A stretch of DNA of 64,000 bases. It comes from a virus. Location: the IMG/VR virus record IMGVR_UViG_3300047200_000500, positions 64,001 to 128,000 of that record. One strand, given 5' to 3'. Below are positions 10,520-18,941 of the stretch, piece by piece (the stretch's first letter is position 1; each line of letters starts with the position of its first letter). The notes beneath the pieces were generated by a model that searched no databases, was not told the origin of the DNA, and was given only the letters and a program-made list of their open reading frames with translations. Both the position numbers and the translations under genes were made by a program.

Positions 10520-13459
10520 ATGGCTACCTTCCTCTCGCCTGCCGTTTTCGTAAATGAGATTGATCTCTCAGCTTTACCGGCTGGTTCATCGGGGATAATC
10601 CCAGCTTTTCTTGGCACTGCAAGCAAGGGAATTTTAAATAAAGTTTATTCAATATCGAATGCTCAGCAATATATTGATACATTTGGTAATCCATTTCCAG
10701 AAAGTTTCCTTGGTTATGCAGTTTTGGCCTACATGGAAGAAGGCAACCTCGCCTATGTAATGCGTGTTGGTGTTGAATGTGAAGATGGCCAACCCCAAGA
10801 ACTTTCCAGTGTTTGCATTGATACATCTGGAAATTTTGGTCATGGATGGGGACGCATACCACTCTTTAGCGGTATAGATTTTGGCAGAATCAATACTAGA
10901 ACTGCTGGTACTAATGGCTGGTCATTCCATGATGCATCTGTTACATTCGTTGAATTTAATGATGCAGTAGTTGATGTTGGTACTGCTGGTCCAACCTCAG
11001 CTTCATTGACATTCGTTGGCTCTGATTATGTCGGGTCAACAGATGACAGCTTTTTACTTTTAATCACTGGTAAACCAACTGTTACTGGTGGGGCACCAAT
11101 AAATGGTGCCACTTATGTAATCATCAGAGCTTCTGATGGTGCCACAGTGGCAAATGGCACTTTAACAGAAAGTGTTACTCCTGGAACTAGTGATAATATT
11201 CTTGTTGTTGATGGCGTAGTAGCTCAGATTGTCATGGGTTCTGCTGGCCCATATCAGACTCTTGATATTAACGATAGTTTCAGATTCTCAGTTGTACCAA
11301 ACAATCGTAATTTCTCGGTTCGGATCGATAATGAAAGTCCGTTAAATGTCAATGTTCATACAATGCCTATCGCAACATATACCACTGCTGCTAGTCTTGC
11401 GGCTGCGATAAATGCAATAACTGGCATGTCTTCAGAAAATTTCTTAGTTATTGATAATGGTGATGAAAGTGCGACATTACGCACAAAGATTGCTGGCCAG
11501 ATGATCCAATTATGGAATTATGCTGAAGGCACTGAAACCACAGTTGTTCCAAATTACCCTGCAGAAGCTTTTGCCATTGAAATTGGACAAAGTTTATATG
11601 CATTTGATATTCCACGGTCTAATTTAATTGGCACTCAGACTGGGGTGTTTAACATATCCAGTTCCAATAATGTGGTGACGATTGAATTAAACGATACCAG
11701 CATTACTCAGTTCACTGCAACTTTACCAACTGGTCTTGGATTACCACCATCAGTAATAGCATCAGCCATAAATGCTGCTGCAACTATTCTTGGTGATACT
11801 CTAGTTAGATCATATGCTCTTACGATTCCTGGTGGTGATCAAGTACTTGTGATCGAAACGGTTGACGCTCATCGTTTCGGTACTATTAAAATGCTGGCTG
11901 ATGGTTCTCATCCAAAAACTCTTAATTTTGCATCCCAGGTCGGCATCCAATACCCATATACTGAATCATATCGTGGGTTTAGCGATTCTCGTGTAGAATT
12001 ACCTGCTGGTGGTGAGGTTACTCAGCAAGAACCTCTTTCTTGCGAACAATATGCTGGCGGAGATGTAACTAAAGCTGCTCAATGCCAGATCGATAGTGAC
12101 TATTATGGTAATGTGGTTGGATGGTTTGTGGCTCCTTCTCCTGGTACTTGGGTAGCTGGTTACAAGATTAATATCAGCATATTCAAAGGATCAAATGTTC
12201 CAGCTGGCAGATATGAGATTACTTTAAATGATGCCAATGGAATAGTTTTAACAAGACTGCAAAATGTGTCATTTGATAAGCGTGATACTGTCAATTACAT
12301 TGGTGTACTTGTTAACCCAAATGGCCTTGTAGTTGACCAAACCAGTGATGTCGGTGGAAATGAATACCTCCGCTGGATCGATCGTCCAAGTTACCTCAAT
12401 AATGATGTGAATGATCCCAGCACATTTGAGGTTCGTCAACCTGCCCAGATATACAACAAGTCATTTGATGGCCAAGCTAACGGAATTCCGACAGATCCTA
12501 TTTTCTCGACGGAACTTGATCGTGCGATAATTGGTAACCCAGCCGATATGACTGGTATCTATAAATTGGCAAATCCAGAAATGTATGATATCACGTTGAT
12601 GATCACTCCTGGTTTCAGCAGTGGTGCGGTGATCACTACTGCTCTGTCAGTTTGCACCCAGCGTGGTGATTGCTTCTATATAGTTGATTCGCCATTCGGT
12701 CTTACTGCGCAGCAGGTAGTTGATTGGCACAATGGTCTGCTCTTCACTGATCTGCGTGTTGCTCTTGACAGCAGTTATGGCGGCTTATACCACCCATGGA
12801 TCAAGATATTTGACCAATACAATGGTGGCAATATTTGGGTACCACCCTGCGGCCACATTGCTGCGGTCTTTGCTCGTACTGACCGTGTGGCCGAGATGTG
12901 GTTTGCACCTGCTGGTCTGAACCGTGGTCAATTCATTACTGCGCTTGATGTTGAAGTAGAACATCCACGTGGTGATCGCGATCTGATGTATGGTTATGGT
13001 AACGCTGTCAACCCAATCCTTAAATATCCTCAACGCGGAATTTACATCTGGGGCCAGAGAACTCTTCAACGTAAGAATAGTGCTCTCGACCGCATAAATG
13101 TCCGTATGCTCTTGATTGCCATCAAGAAAGCTCTTGCTGGCCCTCAGGGATTACTCAATGAGTACCTCTTCGAGCAGAATGACAGAATCACTCGCCAGTT
13201 AGTCAAAGGTTCAATAGACAATTATATGTCTGATGTTGCTGCTCGTCGTGGTGTGACTGCCTGGAAGACGATCTGTGATGATAGCAATAATACTGCTATA
13301 AGAATAGATCGCAATGAACTCTGGATTGCACTTCTGATGAAGCCCACTCGCGCTATCGAGTTCATTGTTTTAAATGTTGGAATAATGAGAGATGATCAGA
13401 GCTTCGTGGCTGAAGAAGTACTTGCTGCAGTTGGTGTAACAACTGCCGCAGTTGCCTAA
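10520..13459 (+). CDS. gp18: Contractile tail sheath protein with large inserted domains
   Basis: 'FLSPAVFVNEIDLS', 'WFAPAGLNRG', 'IWGQRTLQ..SALDRINVRMLL' and 'KPTRAIEFI'; GGAG SD; 979 aa. Confidence 0.95.
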   Translation: MATFLSPAVFVNEIDLSALPAGSSGIIPAFLGTASKGILNKVYSISNAQQYIDTFGNPFPESFLGYAVLAYMEEGNLAYVMRVGVECEDGQPQELSSVCIDTSGNFGHGWGRIPLFSGIDFGRINTRTAGTNGWSFHDASVTFVEFNDAVVDVGTAGPTSASLTFVGSDYVGSTDDSFLLLITGKPTVTGGAPINGATYVIIRASDGATVANGTLTESVTPGTSDNILVVDGVVAQIVMGSAGPYQTLDINDSFRFSVVPNNRNFSVRIDNESPLNVNVHTMPIATYTTAASLAAAINAITGMSSENFLVIDNGDESATLRTKIAGQMIQLWNYAEGTETTVVPNYPAEAFAIEIGQSLYAFDIPRSNLIGTQTGVFNISSSNNVVTIELNDTSITQFTATLPTGLGLPPSVIASAINAAATILGDTLVRSYALTIPGGDQVLVIETVDAHRFGTIKMLADGSHPKTLNFASQVGIQYPYTESYRGFSDSRVELPAGGEVTQQEPLSCEQYAGGDVTKAAQCQIDSDYYGNVVGWFVAPSPGTWVAGYKINISIFKGSNVPAGRYEITLNDANGIVLTRLQNVSFDKRDTVNYIGVLVNPNGLVVDQTSDVGGNEYLRWIDRPSYLNNDVNDPSTFEVRQPAQIYNKSFDGQANGIPTDPIFSTELDRAIIGNPADMTGIYKLANPEMYDITLMITPGFSSGAVITTALSVCTQRGDCFYIVDSPFGLTAQQVVDWHNGLLFTDLRVALDSSYGGLYHPWIKIFDQYNGGNIWVPPCGHIAAVFARTDRVAEMWFAPAGLNRGQFITALDVEVEHPRGDRDLMYGYGNAVNPILKYPQRGIYIWGQRTLQRKNSALDRINVRMLLIAIKKALAGPQGLLNEYLFEQNDRITRQLVKGSIDNYMSDVAARRGVTAWKTICDDSNNTAIRIDRNELWIALLMKPTRAIEFIVLNVGIMRDDQSFVAEEVLAAVGVTTAAVA

Positions 13460-13498
13460 TTTAACAAGCAAACCTAAGTTATCAACGGAGAAATAAAC

Positions 13499-14014
13499 AT
13501 GCCAGGATTTAAAATAGGCGGCTCAGGTGATCCTGCCGTTTCTACGATTGAATCACATCGTAAGCATCGTTGGCTCTTTTCAGTAATATCTGGCGGATCA
13601 GATGTTACAAAGAAAGAATCAGTATATTTATCAAGTGCTCAACGCCCACATGCTATCATTGATGAAGCGATAATGCACCATGATCAGGAACAGGTCTATT
13701 TTGCTGGTAAACATCATTGGGATCCAATAACATTAGTATTCTATGATGTTTATGGTGAAGGGGAAACCAGTAGCGCTATTTGGAAATGGTTAAACAAGGG
13801 TGTTGATATTAAGAATGCCACTGCTGGTCTTGCTGCTGATTATAAAAAGGATAGCACTCTTGAACTGAATGATGCTAAGGGCACTGCGAATGAGACATGG
13901 AAGATCTATAACAGTTGGGCCATTGATGTAAATTATAATGATCTTGATTACAGCAATAGTGAGATTGCTACTATTGACGTAAGCATGAAATACGACAGAG
14001 CAGTAAGAGAGTAA
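13499..14014 (+). CDS. gp19: Tail tube protein
   Basis: Directly after the sheath; 'YFAGKHHWDPITLVFYD', 'YKKD..LE...G...ETWKIYNSW' and 'LDYSNSEIATIDVSMKYD'. Confidence 0.92.
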   Translation: MPGFKIGGSGDPAVSTIESHRKHRWLFSVISGGSDVTKKESVYLSSAQRPHAIIDEAIMHHDQEQVYFAGKHHWDPITLVFYDVYGEGETSSAIWKWLNKGVDIKNATAGLAADYKKDSTLELNDAKGTANETWKIYNSWAIDVNYNDLDYSNSEIATIDVSMKYDRAVRE

Positions 14015-14053
14015 CAATATTTAATTAGGTGTTAACAATATTTAATTAGGTGT
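14012..14053. repeat. Perfect 21-bp tandem duplication TAACAATATTTAATTAGGTGT x2
   Basis: 14012-14032 is identical to 14033-14053; the unit begins at the tube stop codon. Confidence 0.9.
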
Positions 14054-14055
14054 TT

Positions 14056-14093
14056 CAATTGAGCCAGCCTTAACGGGCTGGCTCAATTGTTTG
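14056..14093 (+). terminator. Intrinsic terminator after the sheath-tube operon
   Basis: CAATTGAGCCAGCC...GGCTGGCTCAATTG, 14-15 bp stem, then TTT. Confidence 0.8.
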
Positions 14094-14130
14094 TATTCAT
14101 CCATAGAGTAATTATGACAAGGAATTTAAA

Positions 14131-15066
14131 ATGAGTAATGAACTTCCAGATGTTGTAAAAGAGAATGCCGCTAAATCAGCGCAATTAAATCAACCACAAT
14201 ATGATGTGTTAGATGAGATATTGAAGAAATCAGATGATTTTTTCATGCCATGGGAAAATGTTGAACTTCCCAGTAAGGGGATCTATTATAGTAATATGCC
14301 AAAGGGTATCATTAAAGTTAGACCAATGGGTATAGATGTTGATAAAATGATGGCTAATCAGAGAATAGTGCAAAGTGGTGATTTACTTAATAAGATAATT
14401 GAAGCATGTGTACAACTTCCTGATGGCATGACTGTTCAAGATCTTCTTGCTGGTGATCAATTCTTTTTACTTTATTATCTCCGTGGTATAACTCATGGCT
14501 CAGATTATGAGTTTGTTACTGATTGTCCGCATTGTGGGGTTAAGAGCACATATGATTATAATTTAAGTGATTTATCTAAAACTATTAAGGGACCAAATCC
14601 TGAATATCCAGTTGAACCAATGAGCGTTGAATTATCATTTATTAGTGGTAAGATTGGTAAGAAAGTGGAAGCACTTGTCAGATTAGTTAGAGTTAAGGAT
14701 GTTAGTGCAATGTCTAAGGGAAATAATACTGTAATAGATCCGTTAAGAAGAGGAAAAGCCAGAGTACGTGGCCAAGGAGCACCAAAAGTATCAAAACAAG
14801 ATGCTGATGATCTTTATACTAAAAATATATCTATGACTATAGTTGGATTTAGAGTTGACGGGATTGAATTTAAAGATGATAGAAAGTCTCAATTAATAGA
14901 TAAATTGCATCAGAAAGATTCTGCCACTATACGCGAGTTTATTGATTCTGTTACACCTGGTATTGATACTTCTGTTGAAGTAACATGTCAGAATGAAGAA
15001 TGTAAGAAGGATTATAGTATCAGTTTACCGTTTGGTGAGAACTTTTTTCGCCCATCTAAAAAGTGA
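14131..15066 (+). CDS. gp26: Baseplate hub/tail assembly chaperone, T4 gp26-like
   Basis: 'VELPSKGIYY', 'DLLAGDQFFLLYYLRGITHG.DY...CPHCG', 'TPGID...C...C' and terminal 'NFFRP'. Confidence 0.75.
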   Translation: MSNELPDVVKENAAKSAQLNQPQYDVLDEILKKSDDFFMPWENVELPSKGIYYSNMPKGIIKVRPMGIDVDKMMANQRIVQSGDLLNKIIEACVQLPDGMTVQDLLAGDQFFLLYYLRGITHGSDYEFVTDCPHCGVKSTYDYNLSDLSKTIKGPNPEYPVEPMSVELSFISGKIGKKVEALVRLVRVKDVSAMSKGNNTVIDPLRRGKARVRGQGAPKVSKQDADDLYTKNISMTIVGFRVDGIEFKDDRKSQLIDKLHQKDSATIREFIDSVTPGIDTSVEVTCQNEECKKDYSISLPFGENFFRPSKK

Positions 15067-15274
15067 AGCATTAGAGTCTCAATACTGGGCAATTTGGGAA
15101 CATATATTCCTAATGAAGGAATATTGCCATTTTAATTTATTTGAACTTAAAATGATGACAGGCGAAGAAAGAACATGGTATATTAACAGATATAAAGAGG
15201 AACAAGAGAAGAGACAGGCAGAGGAACAAAAGGCACATAAACGCTCATCCCCGCCGAATATTAGGCGGAGATGA
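15047..15274 (+). CDS. Chaperone C-terminal extension (gp51/GT-like), probably reached by a +1 frameshift
   Basis: 'YWAIWEHIFLMKEY.HF...ELKMMTGEERTWYINR' lies in the +1 frame overlapping the gp26 end. The protein-like part begins before the ATG at 15113. Confidence 0.6.
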   Translation, partial: FAHLKSEALESQYWAIWEHIFLMKEYCHFNLFELKMMTGEERTWYINRYKEEQEKRQAEEQKAHKRSSPPNIRRR

Positions 15275-15276
15275 TG

Positions 15277-15286
15277 CAAATATAAT
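15277..15286 (+). promoter_or_regulatory. Representative late-type motif YAAAWWTA (CAAATATAAT)
   Basis: Similar motifs at 1431, 7778, 23017, 26158, 31787, 40243, 48057, 49968, 53579, 62520 and 62801, each 12-14 nt before an ATG. Confidence 0.55.
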
Positions 15287-15289
15287 AGT

Positions 15290-16129
15290 ATGAGTGATAG
15301 ACTTAATGCGTCTGTTGGCGGAAGTGTCGCTTTAAATGCGGCGTTTGCCAATAATGGTGTCCCTACTGACCCATATACTATTCGTGCTGTGAGGATTTAT
15401 AAGCAGTCGGTAAGAGAAGAAAATAAAGTTTTAGAAATATTAGTACCGCCACCTGGATCAACTGATTACCAATCTGTTTTTGATTCATTATTTCAAAGAG
15501 TACAAGATCCAACTGTTAGTGAAACTGGTGTATGTGGAACTGATATTGGTCCACATTATCTTCCAGGGGCATATGTATTGAATCTTAATTTGCCATGCGA
15601 TACATTTGAAGCTGGTGTTTATTTTGATGTCTGGTGTTTTGTTGGAGATCTAAATTGTTATACTGATCAGAGTGTTATTAACTGGGATGATGAGTCAATG
15701 TGGACTTGCCAGTGCAATAAGTTTTTTCTTAGTTCAGCCAACAATTGGCAAATGGATGATGATTTAACTAATATTAGGTTAGGATTTGACCCACTTGATT
15801 CAAAATTTATTCAACCAGAAAAGAGAATGTTAGAAGTTGGCATGATGCCTCTACCTTTATATGATTACGATTATAAGAAATTAGCACCATTAATACCTGC
15901 TTTAAGAGGTAAAATAACTATTGAAACTCAAAATTGTGAAACTATTGTCAATGATGCAGATATGAAAATTGGTCTCAGATCTGGCTCGTACAGATCAAAT
16001 CCATATGTGTTAAAATATTTACTTGATACCTCTAAATTCTTTAAAGGAACTTATAAATATAGAGTTTCAGTAGGATTACCTAATGGTGAGACTCGTGTTT
16101 CAGACAACTTTTATTTTACGGTGCGCTAA
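15290..16129 (+). CDS. Putative structural protein (beta-sandwich-like, Cys-rich)
   Basis: 279 aa; 'AGVYFDVW' and 'KGTYKYRVSV' strands; late-type motif upstream. Confidence 0.6.
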   Translation: MSDRLNASVGGSVALNAAFANNGVPTDPYTIRAVRIYKQSVREENKVLEILVPPPGSTDYQSVFDSLFQRVQDPTVSETGVCGTDIGPHYLPGAYVLNLNLPCDTFEAGVYFDVWCFVGDLNCYTDQSVINWDDESMWTCQCNKFFLSSANNWQMDDDLTNIRLGFDPLDSKFIQPEKRMLEVGMMPLPLYDYDYKKLAPLIPALRGKITIETQNCETIVNDADMKIGLRSGSYRSNPYVLKYLLDTSKFFKGTYKYRVSVGLPNGETRVSDNFYFTVR

Positions 16130-16605
16130 TGAAAACTTTAAATCAAAACGGACTTAAAAAATTGGTTGAATATGTTAATGCTGAATATGATAAAAAATTT
16201 ATAATTAATAATGGATACCTTGAATTAGATGATAAATCTGAAATTATTATTGAAGATCTAAAAAAACATAATATATTATTAAAAGAATTTTCTCATGAAA
16301 AAGATTTAAAGAGATATGATGTTATAATAGAAGATACTCCTGTATCTTCAGTTCCAGAATTGGCATCAAATAAAACCAATATCGATAACAGTGGTAAAGA
16401 TTATAAAGATGAAAAAGATATGAAAGAAATGGTAAAACAAATATTACCATATTTATCTCAATATTTTCCAACTAAAGAAGAAATTAATGATGCTTTAAAT
16501 GATTTACGTGGTCAATTGGTTGATCCAATTGAATTAACTAATTTGTTTAAAGATATATCATTAAAAGTAAAGAAAGATCAAAGTAAGTTATCTAAGATAA
16601 AATGA
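16129..16605 (+). CDS. Hypothetical protein, possible internal head protein
   Basis: 158 aa, charged, with several (I/L)xE motifs. Confidence 0.55.
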   Translation: MKTLNQNGLKKLVEYVNAEYDKKFIINNGYLELDDKSEIIIEDLKKHNILLKEFSHEKDLKRYDVIIEDTPVSSVPELASNKTNIDNSGKDYKDEKDMKEMVKQILPYLSQYFPTKEEINDALNDLRGQLVDPIELTNLFKDISLKVKKDQSKLSKIK

Positions 16606-16865
16606 AATTAGATAGTTTAAATAAAAATAATATTAGTCTTGGGTTGAAAAAGACTAATCCATCATTTAGTGTTCCTATGTCTAATAGTTTAGTAATTAAT
16701 AATAAGATGAAGCAGGATGAAAAAGAAAATGAAAAAAGTAATGTCTCTACTGTTGATCAAGCATTAAGAACTAAAAAAATAATTGATACCCAAACGATAA
16801 GTGATCCAAACAGAAATATTCCAGATATTAGAAGACCACCTAATATTAATAACATACCAGCATAA
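16602..16865 (+). CDS. Hypothetical protein (MKLDSLN...)
   Basis: 87 aa, overlapping the upstream stop. Confidence 0.5.
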   Translation: MKLDSLNKNNISLGLKKTNPSFSVPMSNSLVINNKMKQDEKENEKSNVSTVDQALRTKKIIDTQTISDPNRNIPDIRRPPNINNIPA

Positions 16866-16905
16866 CACCTTATCAAATCTAAATAAAGCATCAGGAGATA
16901 TTAAG

Positions 16906-18840
16906 ATGGAACTCATTGATCGTCTCAAAATAATACTTGAAGCACCAGGAGATAATGAAGATATTGATGATGTTATTGATTCAGAGCCAGAAGTTGATGA
17001 AGGCGATACTGATGTCAAAGTTGATGATAATGCCGAGGCTGCAGCTGATGAGGAAAAATCTGAAGTTGAACAATTAATTGATAAAGAAAAAGGCGTAATT
17101 GATTGGACTGGCATACCTAATCCAATGCCGGGTAAAACTCTTTCTGACTTAAAGGGATCTAAGGTTAAAGGCATACCTGCTGTTAAATTGCCATTGGAAA
17201 ATGGTTGGACCAAAGAAGAAGTTATATCAGCACTCAAACCAACTATAATTTATTTTGCTAAGAAATATTCAACTCCAACATTTAATGTTGAGGAAGCTAT
17301 TGCTGAACAGATGACCGGAGTACTTGAAGCTCTTAAAAATGATAAAGGAATTGCACCATTTACTTCACATGTATACCGTTATCTTTCAACATCCGCTCAA
17401 AGAGGTGCTGGTAAGGCTTCTAATATTTCTGGTGTCCCACAAACTAAAGGCGGTAAGTATGATCACTTAGCCGCTTCTAGAGCAGCGGTTAGTGCTGATG
17501 CTCCAATGCCTGGAGATGCCGAAGAAACTTATTCTAGTCAGATCTCTAGCCATTATGATCAAGCTGGTGAATTGGCTAGTAAACAGAGAACAATGACTAA
17601 ATTGATTTCCCATTTATTAAATGCCCCTTCTGTTGGTCTTTCAGAAAAAGAGAAACTTGTTTTAATGGCAACTTATGGTATAGGACAAGATGGTAAAATT
17701 GGCGAACCGAAGACTAGTAAAGAAATAGCTGATGCTTTAGGCGGAGTTTCTGTTGTAAGAATTAGTCAAATTAGAACTGGTGCACTCGCTAAAATTCAAG
17801 AATATGTCCAAGCTCGCAAGTTTAAAGATGAAGGCCAAGCAGCACAATCTCTTGGCATTGAAGAATCTAAACTTATTGCTATTGCTGAAGCTTTTGCAAG
17901 AATTATAAAAGAGACGATTCAACTTGAATATGAAATGTATTCCGAAAGACAAATAATTGAAATGAAGACAGATTATCGTGGAAGAAGCGAATCTGTTAAA
18001 ATTCATGTTAATTCTGATACATATGAAGTTGAAAATGCATTAAATGAAGAGAATGAAAGTATACTTGGACATGTAACTGATGAAATATTAAATGAAGCAG
18101 TTGATCTGGCAAGAGCTAAAACTTCAGGTCAATATTTTGCCGAAATGGTCAACAATGTTATAAGTATGCAGGCACAACCAGTTCTTGCCACTATAAATAA
18201 TACTATTTCTAAAGGTGAAATTCCATTCATTTATGTTAATAAGCCAGGAGTAGAAAGGGCAATGGGTGCCGCTGAGAAAGCAGTATTTGGCAAAAGATTT
18301 AATGGGAAATATTATGGTGGTGGGGCATCAAGGATAAATGCTTGGTATTATCAAAATGATGCTGCTGAACAAGTCAATAAAATGCATGAAATAATGGCAA
18401 ATAAAGGATTTGCAGAGTTCAAGGCCGATAGTTCTGGTAAGACAATGAGTGAAGATATCAACCAGGAAACTTTAAAGCCTGGATCATATTCAACTGAAGT
18501 AAGAGTGCCATATTTGGATGGTAGTGGTAGTACCACATATAATGTTGTTTTTGATATATATGGTCAATTTTTAGAAGAACTTGATATAAAAGCAATAGAT
18601 GATGTTGATACTGGTGAAATGAATATCGATCTTGTTACTGTTAATTTAGATGAAATAGAAAAGAAAGTAAATGAGAAAATAAAGTCTCGTGAAATTAGAT
18701 CTATGTCATATGATAAAGATAGACTTAAGCAACTTCAAGATATGGTTGCAAACGATGAAGAACACCAAGCAAAAATTCATAAATTCGAAAATCAATTTGC
18801 TGATTTACAACCACCAGATAAAGAAGATGGGAAAAGCTGA
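16906..18840 (+). CDS. Multidomain protein containing a sigma70-family domain (regions 2 and 4)
   Basis: AGGAG SD and ATG at 16906. Region 2-like 'IIYFAKKY....FNVEEAIAEQMTGVLEALKND...PFTSHVYRYL'; region 3-like 'VSADAPM'; region 4 HTH 'LSEKEKLVLMATYGI......PKTSKEIADALGGVSVVRISQIRTGALAKIQ'. Confidence 0.8.
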   Translation: MELIDRLKIILEAPGDNEDIDDVIDSEPEVDEGDTDVKVDDNAEAAADEEKSEVEQLIDKEKGVIDWTGIPNPMPGKTLSDLKGSKVKGIPAVKLPLENGWTKEEVISALKPTIIYFAKKYSTPTFNVEEAIAEQMTGVLEALKNDKGIAPFTSHVYRYLSTSAQRGAGKASNISGVPQTKGGKYDHLAASRAAVSADAPMPGDAEETYSSQISSHYDQAGELASKQRTMTKLISHLLNAPSVGLSEKEKLVLMATYGIGQDGKIGEPKTSKEIADALGGVSVVRISQIRTGALAKIQEYVQARKFKDEGQAAQSLGIEESKLIAIAEAFARIIKETIQLEYEMYSERQIIEMKTDYRGRSESVKIHVNSDTYEVENALNEENESILGHVTDEILNEAVDLARAKTSGQYFAEMVNNVISMQAQPVLATINNTISKGEIPFIYVNKPGVERAMGAAEKAVFGKRFNGKYYGGGASRINAWYYQNDAAEQVNKMHEIMANKGFAEFKADSSGKTMSEDINQETLKPGSYSTEVRVPYLDGSGSTTYNVVFDIYGQFLEELDIKAIDDVDTGEMNIDLVTVNLDEIEKKVNEKIKSREIRSMSYDKDRLKQLQDMVANDEEHQAKIHKFENQFADLQPPDKEDGKS

Positions 18841-18941
18841 AAAAGGATGTTAACGGTAAAGTGACTGATGAAGATGGCAAAGGATATGTAAAGGATGAAA
18901 ATTCTTCACATTATAAATTAAAAGTGATGTATTTAATTTAA

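Noticed and set aside
15057-15066. AAAAAG as a -1 slippery site in the chaperone
   Set aside because: The -1 frame reaches a stop within a few codons; only the +1 frame is productive.
16801-16905. ORF-track upstream starts (16801, also 30594, 1093, 4129, 32205, 54153)
   Set aside because: They overlap upstream genes; downstream ATGs with an SD or translational coupling are better supported.
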